Shown here in pieces: positions 1 to 9,064 of a stretch of 32,000 nt of DNA (within the stretch, counting starts at the first letter, position 1; the number at the start of each line of letters is the position of its first letter). The position numbers were made by a program, and so were the translations under genes. The notes under the pieces are model-generated. The model saw only the letters and a list, made by a program, of their open reading frames with translations. It ran no database searches and had not been told where the DNA came from. This stretch comes from Xanthomonas campestris pv. campestris str. ATCC 33913 (GTDB taxonomy: Bacteria > Pseudomonadota > Gammaproteobacteria > Xanthomonadales > Xanthomonadaceae), in the NCBI RefSeq assembly GCF_000007145.1, contig NC_003902.1, positions 2,396,497 through 2,428,496 on the forward strand, in the 5' to 3' direction.

Positions 1-798
1 GACTTCCTGCACCACCTCCAGCAGTCGACGCTCCAGCGCATCTTCCACCCGCAAGGTGACCGGAATGCCGCCACCCAGGCGGCCGCGCGCGAAGTCGAGC
101 ACGTCATCCACCAGCCCGCCGATGCGGGTGAGGCTGGTGCGGATATGCCCAAGCAGCGACGCACCACGTGGCGATTGCGGCTCCAGCTGCAGCATTTCGG
201 TGGCCATGCTGATCGACTGCAGCGGGCTGCGCAGATCGTGGCCCAGCACGGCGATGAACTGGTCGCGTAGCTCGCCTGCATCGTTGGCCGCAGACAGCGC
301 CGTTGCCGCCTGCTGCAGCTTTTCTTCGGTTTCCAGCGAGTTGCCGATGAGCAGGGCGAAGAACTCCAGCGACTTCAGGATATGTGCTTCGTCGAAGTTG
401 GCCGGTGCGGAATCGATCGCGCACAGCGTGCCGAAAAAGCCGCCATCGCGCCGGAAGATCGGCACCGACACATAGCTCTCCAGCCCGTACAACTTGGGCG
501 TGTGGTGGTGCGCGTAGACAGGATGCTGGCTGGCATGGCTGAAGATGACCGGCTTGGGCGACAGCCGGATCTCGTGGCAGATGGTCGATTCCACTTCCAG
601 CTGGCCGCCGGGCTTCAGGCCAAACCCCAGCGTGTCGTAGGTGGCGCAGGCCACCCAGCTGGTGTCAGTGACGCGGGCCACGGCGGTGAACCGCGAGCCG
701 GTGATGTGGGCAACGGTTTCCAGGATCTGCGGCACGGCGGAGATTCTTTCGATCTCGGCGATGGCATTCAGCGCGGATGGAGCGGAGGAAGGGCGCAT
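1..798 (-). CDS. GAF-domain sensor histidine kinase, N-terminal 266 codons (3' end lies beyond the left edge)
   Basis: My own minus-strand translation from the ATG at 798 gives MRPSSAPSALNAIAEIERISAVPQILETVAHITGSRFTAVARVTDTSWVACATYD..., a GAF-like region. It is followed by a coiled linker and the HisKA H-box FIAVLGHDLRSPLQSI. The frame stays open to position 1. It is missing from the ORF track because it has no stop in the window. Confidence 0.85.
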   Translation of the reverse strand, partial: MRPSSAPSALNAIAEIERISAVPQILETVAHITGSRFTAVARVTDTSWVACATYDTLGFGLKPGGQLEVESTICHEIRLSPKPVIFSHASQHPVYAHHHTPKLYGLESYVSVPIFRRDGGFFGTLCAIDSAPANFDEAHILKSLEFFALLIGNSLETEEKLQQAATALSAANDAGELRDQFIAVLGHDLRSPLQSISMATEMLQLEPQSPRGASLLGHIRTSLTRIGGLVDDVLDFARGRLGGGIPVTLRVEDALERRLLEVVQEV

Positions 799-1068
799 GG
801 TGCGTCTCGCGGGCCGGAAGGGCGCAGAAGCGGGCTGATCAGTCCGCGCGGCGCAAAGTGGCGCCAGTCTAGTGCCAATTGCCTGCAAGCTGAGCAGTGG
901 CAGGCAAACGAACAGAGCTGCCAGATGGACGGAGCAGGCGGCGGGGCCTGCGGCCGGGGCGTTGTGATGGCCTGGACTGCATTGCTTGCATCAAGAGGAC
1001 AGAGCGATCCAGACAGTGGGTGCTGGATCACGATGCCCGGCATCGGCGGACCGCATTCGTCGCTGAGA

Positions 1069-1110
1069 TGGGGAATCGGGAATCGAGAGTGGGGAATGGG
1101 TAGGGGCAGG
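1069..1110. repeat. Degenerate G-rich tandem motif (GGGGAATC/GGGAATGG units)
   Basis: Read directly: tggggaatcgggaatcgagagtggggaatgggtaggggcagg. It has five G3-4 runs and sits inside the 660-bp intergenic region between divergent genes. Confidence 0.5.
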
Positions 1111-1460
1111 AGCACAGCAGGCGACTTCGATCAGCAAGTCGGTTCGGCAGCCCAGTCTGTTCAACAACGCATGGTGGTTGCGTGCGCTTGGTGCTTTCAG
1201 ATGATGCCGATGCCGATGACGAACATGTCGAGCGCCGTCTTGTGCATCGGTGGCGTCGTTGTTCCTGTGGGCATGCACCAAGGACTATTGCCTGGCGCGT
1301 CGCGTGCGCGCACCGGCAACGCGCGTACACACATGACCAACCGCCTGACGCGTGCGATCACGCGACGACGCGCGCCGCTGCATCCGCAAACATCACAAGC
1401 CTTAGCACACCGCAGTGGCAGCATCGGCGCATTCCAAACACCGTTATAGAGGAGCCCGCC

Positions 1461-1877
1461 ATGCAGTCGATTGCTGTCCCGCCACGAACATGGGCCATCC
1501 ACCCGTTTCATGCAGCCGTGCTGGGGGGCGTGTTGCCGCTGTTCCTGGGCGCGTTGCTGAGCGACTACGCGTACTGGAGCAGCTACCAGATTCAGTGGAG
1601 CAACTTCGCCTCCTGGCTGCTGGTCGGCGCGATGGTATTCACCAGCATCGCCTTGCTCTGCGGCATCGTCGGGCTCGTGCGCGGTAGCCGGCATGTGCTG
1701 TATGTCGTTGCGTTGGTGGCCACCTGGGTGATCGGTTTCTGGAACGCGTTGCATCATGCGCGCGACGCCTGGGCGATCATGCCGATGGCACTGGTGTTGT
1801 CGGTCATCGTCACGCTGTTGGCGCTGCTGGCCACCTGGGCGGGCTTCGCCAGTCTGCGCACCGGAGGTGCACGATGA
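1461..1877 (+). CDS. DUF2231-like four-helix integral membrane protein
   Basis: Internal ATG at 1461 of track ORF 1182..1877, preceded by GAGGAG at 1449-1454. Product MQSIAVPPRTWAIHPFHAAVLGGVLPLFLGALLSDYAYW... has about four hydrophobic helices. Its stop overlaps the next start (ATGA at 1874-1877). Confidence 0.75.
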   Translation: MQSIAVPPRTWAIHPFHAAVLGGVLPLFLGALLSDYAYWSSYQIQWSNFASWLLVGAMVFTSIALLCGIVGLVRGSRHVLYVVALVATWVIGFWNALHHARDAWAIMPMALVLSVIVTLLALLATWAGFASLRTGGAR

Positions 1878-3184
1878 GCCGCCGTCCATTCGCTGTGTTG
1901 GCGGTGTCCGCATTGGCCACTGCACTGGCCGCCTGCGGCCAGGCACCGGATGCCAAGCAGCACGGCGCTGCGCCGGAGTTGCCGTCACCGTACCGTGGCT
2001 TGATGCCCGACATGTTGATTGCCAAACCCGCCGCATGGAACGACCGCCGTCCCACCGTGCCGGCTGGCTACAGCGTGTCTGCAATTGCGACCGGCCTGGG
2101 CATTCCGCGCCAGACCCTGGTGCTGCCCAATGGCGACATCCTGGTGGCCGAAGGACGCGGCGGCGGTGCGCCCAATCTCAAGCCCAAGGACGTGATCGCC
2201 GGCAAGATCAAGGCCAAAGGCACCAGTTCGGTAAAGAGCGGCAACCGGCTGACGTTGTTGCGCGACGCCGACGGCGACGGCACCTACGAACTCAAGACCG
2301 TGTTTGCCGACAAGCTCAATGCGCCCTACGGGTTGGCGCTGATCGGCAACGCCTTGTACGTAGCCAACCAGGACGCGCTGGTGCGCTTCGATTACAGCGA
2401 AGGCCAGACCAAGGCCAGCGGCGCGCCAACGGTGGTGACCGAGCTGCCGTCTGCCATCAACCATCACTGGACCAAGGCGCTCACCGCCAGCGCCGACGGG
2501 CGCTATCTGTATGTCGCCATCGGCTCCAACAGCAACATCACCGAACGCGGCATGCCCGCCGAAGTCGATCGCGCACGCATCTGGCGGGTGGATGCCGCCA
2601 CCGGCGCACATAAGGCCTATGCCACCGGCCTGCGCAACCCCACCGCGCTGGCGATCCAGCCGGGGAGCGGCGCGCTGTGGGCCGTGGTCAACGAGCGCGA
2701 CGAGATCGGTCCGAATCTGGTGCCCGATTATCTGACCTCCGTGCGCGAAGGTGGCTTCTATGGCTGGCCTTACAGCTATTGGGGCAAGAATGTGGATACG
2801 CGCGTGATGCCGCAGGATCCGCAAAAAGTGGCCTCCGCCATTGCACCGGATTACGCATTGGGCTCGCATGTGGCTGCACTCGGCGTTGCGTTCTCGTCGG
2901 CGGCCATGGGCGAAAAATTCGCAGACGGTGTCTTCGTTGGCGAGCACGGCAGCTGGAACCGCGATCCGCCGGCGGGCTACAAGGTGGTGTTCGTGCCGTT
3001 CCGCGACGGCCGCCCGGCAGGCGACCCGATCGACTTCGTCTCCGGTTTCCACGGCGACGACGGGCTGACCCGTGGCCGCCCGGTCGGCGTCACCGTGGAT
3101 CCGCGTGGCGCGCTGATCGTGGCCGACGATCTGGCCAACACCATCTGGCGTGTGACTCCGGCTGCGAAGCCGGCCGCTCCCTGA
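1874..3184 (+). CDS. PQQ-dependent sugar dehydrogenase / sorbosone dehydrogenase family lipoprotein
   Basis: 436-aa ORF with a lipobox signal (LATALAACGQ). Beta-propeller-type repeats typical of soluble glucose/sorbosone dehydrogenases (GLGIPRQTLVLPNGDILVAE, YVANQDALVRF, LYVAIGSNSNI, ALWAVVNERDEIG, GFYGWPY, ALIVADDLANTIWRV). Confidence 0.85.
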   Translation: MSRRPFAVLAVSALATALAACGQAPDAKQHGAAPELPSPYRGLMPDMLIAKPAAWNDRRPTVPAGYSVSAIATGLGIPRQTLVLPNGDILVAEGRGGGAPNLKPKDVIAGKIKAKGTSSVKSGNRLTLLRDADGDGTYELKTVFADKLNAPYGLALIGNALYVANQDALVRFDYSEGQTKASGAPTVVTELPSAINHHWTKALTASADGRYLYVAIGSNSNITERGMPAEVDRARIWRVDAATGAHKAYATGLRNPTALAIQPGSGALWAVVNERDEIGPNLVPDYLTSVREGGFYGWPYSYWGKNVDTRVMPQDPQKVASAIAPDYALGSHVAALGVAFSSAAMGEKFADGVFVGEHGSWNRDPPAGYKVVFVPFRDGRPAGDPIDFVSGFHGDDGLTRGRPVGVTVDPRGALIVADDLANTIWRVTPAAKPAAP

Positions 3185-3208
3185 TCGGCATTCAACGGCG
3201 TTGAATCG

Positions 3209-3238
3209 GTGTGCCCGCTTCGAAGGAGGCGGGCACAC
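3209..3238 (+). terminator. Perfect 10-bp stem hairpin downstream of the dehydrogenase gene (terminator-like, no U-tract)
   Basis: gtgtgcccgc-ttcgaaggag-gcgggcacac lies 25 nt after the stop at 3184. A smaller hairpin attcaac-ggc-gttgaat (3190-3206) precedes it. The terminator function is inferred. Confidence 0.4.
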
Positions 3239-3399
3239 GGCCGATGCGCGTTGGCATGGTCGGTGTGTGGAGTAGGCGTGCTGTTCGAAAAACGCGCTGG
3301 CATGGCATGAGGTGTCGTGGCCAACGTTCGAACGAGGCACACGCACGATGATGGAACGGCGCTTTGTTACCATCGCGCCAGTCATAGAAAGGGCCATGC

Positions 3400-4437
3400 A
3401 TGCCATCGCTGACATTTCCCGAACCCGCGCTATTTGTTGCCAACCAGGGCGAGCCATCGCTGCGCTGGGGCATTCTGGGCCCCGGCGTCATCGCCACAGC
3501 TTTCGTCAAGGCCATGCGCGGCCATACCCGGCAACAGCCGTTCGCGGTGGCCTCGCGCTCGCGGGCACGTGCGGAGGCGTTTGCACAGGCCTGGTCCATC
3601 CCGCGAGCGTACGACAGTTACCAGGCACTGGTGGACGCCCCCCAGGTCGACATCGTCTACATCGCCACGCCGCACAGCGAACATCTGGCGCAGGGCTTGC
3701 TCGCATTGCGCGCTGGCAAGCATGTGCTGATCGAAAAACCCATCACCACCTGCGCGGCGGACGCACGTGTGCTGGTGCAGGAAGCCCGCGCACGTGGGTT
3801 GTTTCTGATGGAGGCGATGTGGAGCCGTTACCTGCCGCATGCGCTGGTGCTCAGGGCCCTGTCCGAGAGCGGCGCGCTTGGCAGCGTGCGCCACGTCTTT
3901 GCGGACCTGAGTCAGTTGGGGCCCAGCGATCCTGCGCATCGGCAGCGCAATCCGGCGCTGGGTGGCGGCGCCTTGCTCGACCTGGGTGTGTACACCGTGC
4001 AGCTGTCGTCGATGCTGCTCGGCACACCGACGGCCATCACCGCAACCGGCGCACTCACTGACACCGGCGTGGATGCATTTTCCACATTGGTGCTCTCGCA
4101 CCGCCAACACGCGCAGTCCACCTTGATCAGCTCGATCGTTGGCCGCAGTACGTCCACGGCTTACGTGAGCGGCACCGAGGCGCGCGTCGACCTGGGCGCC
4201 TCGTTCCACAATCCCACCACGCTGCAGCTGGCAGGCAACAGCGATGCCACTGCCGCAGCGCTGTGGCAGGACCCGACCGGCATCCGCGGCTATGACGGGC
4301 TCTGCTGGCAAGCGACCGCTGCCGCGCGTTTCATCGGCGAAGGTCGCACCGAATCGCCGCTGCATCCACTCGACGAAGTGGTGCAGATCATGACCACACT
4401 GGACACCGCACGCGCGCAGCTGGGCATGCGCAGTTAG
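3400..4437 (+). CDS. Gfo/Idh/MocA family NAD(P)-dependent oxidoreductase
   Basis: 345-aa ORF with an N-terminal Rossmann segment LRWGILGPGVIATAFVKAM, then IVYIATPHSEHLAQGLLALRAGKHVLIEKP (EKP motif). The exact start is uncertain; the conserved part begins about 20 codons in. Confidence 0.85.
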   Translation: MPSLTFPEPALFVANQGEPSLRWGILGPGVIATAFVKAMRGHTRQQPFAVASRSRARAEAFAQAWSIPRAYDSYQALVDAPQVDIVYIATPHSEHLAQGLLALRAGKHVLIEKPITTCAADARVLVQEARARGLFLMEAMWSRYLPHALVLRALSESGALGSVRHVFADLSQLGPSDPAHRQRNPALGGGALLDLGVYTVQLSSMLLGTPTAITATGALTDTGVDAFSTLVLSHRQHAQSTLISSIVGRSTSTAYVSGTEARVDLGASFHNPTTLQLAGNSDATAAALWQDPTGIRGYDGLCWQATAAARFIGEGRTESPLHPLDEVVQIMTTLDTARAQLGMRS

Positions 4438-4496
4438 GGGCGCAGCAGCAACGTGCGTGCACAGTGCCCATATCGCCGCCGGGTTGGGCGCACCAT

Positions 4497-4637
4497 TTAG
4501 AGCGGCTAACAAAACGTAGCGAGCAGTCGTCAGGTGGGTGCGGATGGCGCGGAGGAACCGGAATGTACGTGGGTACATGCCGATTCCGAGCACCGGCCGC
4601 GCCCGCCTGGCGGCTGCGCAGTCGTTTTGATAGCTGC
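4497..4637. repeat. 141-bp palindromic MITE/REP-like element, copy A
   Basis: Its reverse complement matches 13121-13261 with only about 4 mismatches. The element is itself an imperfect palindrome centred on atgtac-gtgg-gtacat. Confidence 0.85.
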
Positions 4638-4815
4638 TCTTAACACCGCACTGCCAATCCCTGCCGGTAACCGCTAAAGTGCCTGCCCCAAGGCAGGGCA
4701 GACGGTGGTGTCTGCCCTGGTGTCGAGCCCGATGGATTGCTCGACGTCACACGCAACCGCAACGTTGCACCAAGGCCAGCGCGCACGGATGTCCTGCGCT
4801 GCCTGATGTAGAAGG

Positions 4816-5511
4816 ATGTTGTTGTTGATGTGGTTCAGAGCTTGGTTGTGCGTTATTGGTGTGCTCACCGTTTCACCCGCCTTGGCGGCAGACCTGATCG
4901 GTCGCGCCACCGTCACCGATGGCGATACCCTCACCGTGGCGCAGCAGCGCATTCGTCTGTGGGGGATCGACGCGCCGGAGAGCGCGCAGCAATGCACCGC
5001 CCGCAATGGCCAGGCATGGCCGTGCGGCCGGCGCGCCGCAGCTGCACTGGACGCATACGTGCAGGACAAGACGGTACGCTGCCAGCCCAAGGATACAGAT
5101 CGCTACGGGCGCATCGTGGCCGAGTGCTTCGTGCAAGGCCAGTCGATCAACGCGTGGATGGTGCGTTCGGGCTGGGCCGTGGCGTATCGGCAATATGCCA
5201 CGGCATTTGTCGCTGACGAAGCCATTGCCCGCCAGCAGGCGAGCCAGCTGTGGAGCGGCAGCTTCCAGACCCCATCGGAGTACCGGCGCGCCAAACGCAG
5301 TGCGTCTGCCAAGCCTGCGGCAGGCACGTCCGCACCGAGCAATGCCCGCTGCACCATCAAGGGCAATGTCTCGGCGAAGGGCGCCAAGATCTTCCATTTG
5401 CCCGGACAGCGCGACTACGCAAAGACACGCATCGCCCCGGCCCATGGCGAGCGGATGTTCTGCAGCGTCAGGGAAGCACTGGATGCGGGCTGGCGCCCGG
5501 CGCAGCGTTGA
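4816..5511 (+). CDS. Secreted thermonuclease (SNase-like) with C-terminal sunset domain
   Basis: Signal-like N-terminus (WLCVIGVLTVSPALAADL). SNase motifs VTDGDTLTV, IRLWGIDAPE, DRYGRIVAEC, INAWMVRSGWAVAY. C-terminal CTIKGNVSAKGAKIFHLPGQRDYAKTRIAPAHGERMFCSVREALDAGWR matches the sunset-domain pattern. The ATG at 4828 is an alternative start. Confidence 0.8.
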   Translation: MLLLMWFRAWLCVIGVLTVSPALAADLIGRATVTDGDTLTVAQQRIRLWGIDAPESAQQCTARNGQAWPCGRRAAAALDAYVQDKTVRCQPKDTDRYGRIVAECFVQGQSINAWMVRSGWAVAYRQYATAFVADEAIARQQASQLWSGSFQTPSEYRRAKRSASAKPAAGTSAPSNARCTIKGNVSAKGAKIFHLPGQRDYAKTRIAPAHGERMFCSVREALDAGWRPAQR

Positions 5512-5618
5512 TCTGCAGCGCATTCGCCGATCAAAACCCGTAGGCGCGTATAGCGCTGCACGGGCCCGCCAATGCAGCGAACCCGTGTCTGCGTCCTCCC
5601 GCAGGCGCAGGTATGGTC

Positions 5619-7709
5619 TTACCAGATCACGACGCGGTCCTGTTCCGATCGGACCATCGCGTCGCCCGGCTTGCATCCAAACGCGGTGGCGAACTGCGGC
5701 ATATTCGACGGCGATGCATTCGTGCGGACCGCGTAGGGCGCATGACCATCCGAGCTGAGCAAGCTGAGCTGCTTCTCCTCGCGCATGGTGCCGCGCCACA
5801 GTCTTGCCCAGCCGAGGAAGAACCGCTGTTGCGGCGTAAATCCATCGATATCCGCACCACGCTTTGGATGCCGCTGTAGATTGGCCTGCAACGCATCGAA
5901 CGCAATATTGATGCCACCGAGGTCGGCAATGTTCTCTCCCAGCGTCAGTTCGCCGTTGACGTGCACGTCCGGCTTGTTCGGCAGCGGGGTGTAGGCGTTG
6001 AACTGGGTGACCAGCTTGCTGGCGCGCGCAGTGAAGGCGGCCCGATCGGCCGGTGCCCACCAGTTGACGTTGGTGCCAACCGCATTGAACTTGCTGCCTT
6101 GATCGTCGAAGCCGTGGGTCGCCTCGTGTCCCATCACGGCACCAATGGCGCCGTAATTCAGCGCGTCGTCCGCGGTCACATCAAAGAAGGGAGGACGCAA
6201 GACCGCCGCCGGGAAATTGATGCTGTTGTCCAGCGAAAAATAGAACGCGTTGACGGTTTGCGGCGTGGTGAACCACGCGGTCCGGTCCGCTGGCTTGCCG
6301 ACCTTGGCAAGCTCATAGCGATAGTTGAACGCCGCGGCTGTTTCCACATTGCGTAAATAGGCGTCGCGCTCGAAGTGCAGGCCCGACCAGCTGCGCCAGT
6401 GATCCGGGTAGCCAACCTTGACGACGAATCCTGCCCATTTCTTCAATGCAGCGGACTTGGTCTCCGCTGTCATCCAGTCTGCCTGCTGGATCCGCAGCTT
6501 GAGTGCCTGGCGGATGTTTTCGATCAGCTCTGTTGCGCGCTGCTTGGCTTCGGGGGTGAACATCTTTGCCACATACAGCTGGCCAAGACCCTCGCCGATG
6601 GCTTCATTGGTCGCAAACAGCACGCGCTTCCAGCGCGGCCGCTGCGCCTGCTGCCCGTCCATGGTCTTGTAGCGGAACGCGAAGCGGTTATCGACAAACG
6701 GCTTGCTCAGGGCGAACGCCGCATCGTCAATCGCACGAAAGCGTAAATAGGCCTGCCATTGCGAGACGGGCAAGGTCTTCAACAAGTGATCGAAGCCTGC
6801 AAAGAAGCGCGGCTGCGAGAGGGAGAAACGCTGATCCGTGCTCAACCCCTGCGCGGCCAGATACGCCTTCCACGAGAAATGCGGCGTCACTGCGTCGGCC
6901 TGTGCAACGCTGACCAGATGGTATTGGGTCTTTGGGTCGCGCGCTTCGACCGGACTCAGCGATGCCGCTGCGAGCGCCGTTTCAACCTGCAAGACCTGCT
7001 TGGCCTGCACTGTTGCAGCCTCGGGCGTCGCGCCGGCCAGGACGAAGGACTGGGTGATGTAATCCAGATACGCTTTGCGAATGTCGGCATAGCGCGAGTC
7101 GGTGTAATACGCCTTCGATGGCAGCGTCATGCCGTTCTCTTCGGCATAAGCGATCACCTTCGACGCATCCTGGAAATCCGGGTAGGCGCCGAACTTGAAG
7201 ACCAGCCCGGCACCTTGGGTATTGCGTGCAGCAATGAAATTGGCAACGTCCTGCGGCGTTTTCAGCGCTTCAATCTGCGCGAGCCGCGGGCGAATGGGTG
7301 CATCGCCCAGGCGCTGGATCGTGGCTTCGTCCATACCGGACGCGTAGAACGTGCCCACCAGTTGCTCAACGGAACCCTCCACAGGTTTCGATCGGCCCAG
7401 CGCCTCCACGATCTCGCGCTGGGCAGCATCGCTTTCGTCCTGCAGCGTTGGGTAGCTGCCGACTTCCGTTTCGTCGGGAGGAATGGTTGTCTTGGCAAGC
7501 CACTTGGAATTGACGAAGCCGTTGAGGTCCTGGCAGGCGCTGATGGTGGGCTGCAGTTCCTGCGGGTCAAACGCTGCGCGCTGTGGAGCGTGTTGCGGTG
7601 CGGCTGCCGGTGTTGCGGTTGGGCCTGGCGCTGTGGCCGGATCGCGCTTGCAGGCGCTCAGCGCCATCACGGTGGCAACGGCGAGCAATGTGCTCCTGGA
7701 AAGAGTCAT
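5619..7709 (-). CDS. M13 family zinc metallopeptidase (PepO / endothelin-converting-enzyme-like) lipoprotein
   Basis: Track ORF 5619..7946 trimmed to the internal ATG at 7709, which gives the lipoprotein signal MTLSRSTLLAVATVMALSACK. Contains the HExxH motif (VMGHEATHGFDD) and the M13 motif GENIADLGG. Confidence 0.9.
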   Translation of the reverse strand: MTLSRSTLLAVATVMALSACKRDPATAPGPTATPAAAPQHAPQRAAFDPQELQPTISACQDLNGFVNSKWLAKTTIPPDETEVGSYPTLQDESDAAQREIVEALGRSKPVEGSVEQLVGTFYASGMDEATIQRLGDAPIRPRLAQIEALKTPQDVANFIAARNTQGAGLVFKFGAYPDFQDASKVIAYAEENGMTLPSKAYYTDSRYADIRKAYLDYITQSFVLAGATPEAATVQAKQVLQVETALAAASLSPVEARDPKTQYHLVSVAQADAVTPHFSWKAYLAAQGLSTDQRFSLSQPRFFAGFDHLLKTLPVSQWQAYLRFRAIDDAAFALSKPFVDNRFAFRYKTMDGQQAQRPRWKRVLFATNEAIGEGLGQLYVAKMFTPEAKQRATELIENIRQALKLRIQQADWMTAETKSAALKKWAGFVVKVGYPDHWRSWSGLHFERDAYLRNVETAAAFNYRYELAKVGKPADRTAWFTTPQTVNAFYFSLDNSINFPAAVLRPPFFDVTADDALNYGAIGAVMGHEATHGFDDQGSKFNAVGTNVNWWAPADRAAFTARASKLVTQFNAYTPLPNKPDVHVNGELTLGENIADLGGINIAFDALQANLQRHPKRGADIDGFTPQQRFFLGWARLWRGTMREEKQLSLLSSDGHAPYAVRTNASPSNMPQFATAFGCKPGDAMVRSEQDRVVIW

Positions 7710-7911
7710 GGCGCCATCGCAGGGGAGGAGGGAGCCGCAATGTACAGGCTTGCCTTGCACCCCGGGGGCTTGAGTGAAGAATGTTGAGCATTGCGTAGGT
7801 TTCGGATTCACGTCCGCTGGGTCACTACGAGCCCGTGATGGGCTACGCGGCATGTTGCCAACTGCGGTAACACAGCCACGTACGGGCGCTGCGTCCGCAT
7901 GCAGGCCGTTG

Positions 7912-8787
7912 TCAGCTGGGTGTTGCAGCCGATGCCGAAACGTCACGCAACCACTGCGCCACCGAGCGCGGGCTCAGCCCAAGCAAGTGCTGGGCACTGC
8001 TGGCCGGATCGATGGTGTTTGCCGAAGCCTGCCAGAGCGCCTGATAGAAACCGGCGATCCCCGCGGCAGCCGGCCCCAGCATCGGCTCGAGAAGTTTGCC
8101 GAAGTCAGCCGGTAATACAGCGCGGAAAGCCACGCTGCGCTGCAGCTGCTTCGCCATGCCGGCCGCGAGATCGCTCCCGAGCAGGCCGGGGAGGTGACCC
8201 ACGCCAACCACACCGCGTAAATCCGGCATCTCGAACAACCGCACAACTACCTCGGCAACATCCAGATGCGAACTCCAGGAGACCGCGAAATCCTCACGAA
8301 TCGGGTAGCCGAGAACGCCCTCGGCACGCGCGCCGCCAATCACCATGGGCAGCAGCAGGTTCTCCAGGAACAGCCGCGGCGCCACTATCGCGGTGGAGAC
8401 GCCAGTGGCCTGCACACCTTCGATCAGCAGGGTGATTGCCGCACTTGCCGGCGCCTGCAGCGCGTTGCCGGGGGCATCAACGATGCTGCCGCTGGTGGAG
8501 ATCACCACCCGTGCCGGCCTGGCCGCAGCGATCGCTGCGACGATGGCATTCGCCTGTGCAAGGCGCGCCTCTTCCGGGGCGACCGGCAAATGGATAAAGA
8601 CACCCTTCGCGCCGCGATACGCCTCGGTGAGCGACTGCACGGAGGTGTTGTCGACCCGGATGGCGGCCGTGCCTGCATGCGCATCGGGGGCGCGCACTGC
8701 TGCAACGGCATGCTTTCCGGCAGCCAGCAGCTGTGTGAGGACCGGGGCGCCCTGAGCGCCGGTGGCACCGTGGATGATGTAGGTCAT
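7912..8787 (-). CDS. NmrA-like / atypical SDR NAD(P)-binding protein
   Basis: Internal ATG at 8787 with GGAG upstream (reverse complement cacaggagcatgca). The N-terminus MTYIIHGATGAQGAPVLTQLLAAGKHAVAAVR carries the GxxGxxG Rossmann motif. Confidence 0.8.
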   Translation of the reverse strand: MTYIIHGATGAQGAPVLTQLLAAGKHAVAAVRAPDAHAGTAAIRVDNTSVQSLTEAYRGAKGVFIHLPVAPEEARLAQANAIVAAIAAARPARVVISTSGSIVDAPGNALQAPASAAITLLIEGVQATGVSTAIVAPRLFLENLLLPMVIGGARAEGVLGYPIREDFAVSWSSHLDVAEVVVRLFEMPDLRGVVGVGHLPGLLGSDLAAGMAKQLQRSVAFRAVLPADFGKLLEPMLGPAAAGIAGFYQALWQASANTIDPASSAQHLLGLSPRSVAQWLRDVSASAATPS

Positions 8788-9064
8788 TGCATGCTCCTGT
8801 GTGAGCGGTTGGAGGGATGGCGCCGGAGCATGGGAGGCGTCCATCGGTTACTTCAACTGCACTAATGGAAACTGGCTGAATGCTTCGCGCATCGTGCAGA
8901 GGCGCTGCATGTCGAAGCGATGCAGGCGGCTGTGCTGCCATCTGTCAACGCAGCACTGGTCCACGGCGCCCCCTCATTACCCTGCAACGCGCCGACACTG
9001 AGCTGGGCTGGCGCTGCGACAATGCGTCGCAGCCCGGCCGCTGTTTTTTCATTACACTTCGCCG

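Noticed and set aside
1069-1110. Possibility that the GGGAATC repeat or the (GGGCAG)n tract at 26666-26685 is a CRISPR array or part of one
   Set aside because: The units are 6-8 bp with no spacers of unique sequence, and there are no cas genes in the window. They are simple G-rich tandem motifs.
382-1449. 355-aa plus-strand ORF covering the kinase 5' end and the long intergenic region
   Set aside because: It is antisense to the GAF kinase for its first ~400 nt and then crosses repeat-containing noncoding DNA. Composition is Gly/Arg-rich and not protein-like.
1985-3457. 490-aa minus-strand ORF antisense to the PQQ dehydrogenase
   Set aside because: Antisense shadow ORF with implausible composition. 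The sense frame has a lipobox and propeller motifs.
3430-4593. 387-aa minus-strand ORF antisense to the Gfo/Idh/MocA gene and running into palindromic element copy A
   Set aside because: Antisense shadow ORF. Its N-terminal part is just a translation of the repeat element; the equivalent ORF 13115..13354 arises from copy B.
7710-7946. 79-codon N-terminal extension of the M13 peptidase ORF
   Set aside because: The extension has no signal or domain character. The internal ATG at 7709 gives a canonical lipoprotein signal peptide directly.
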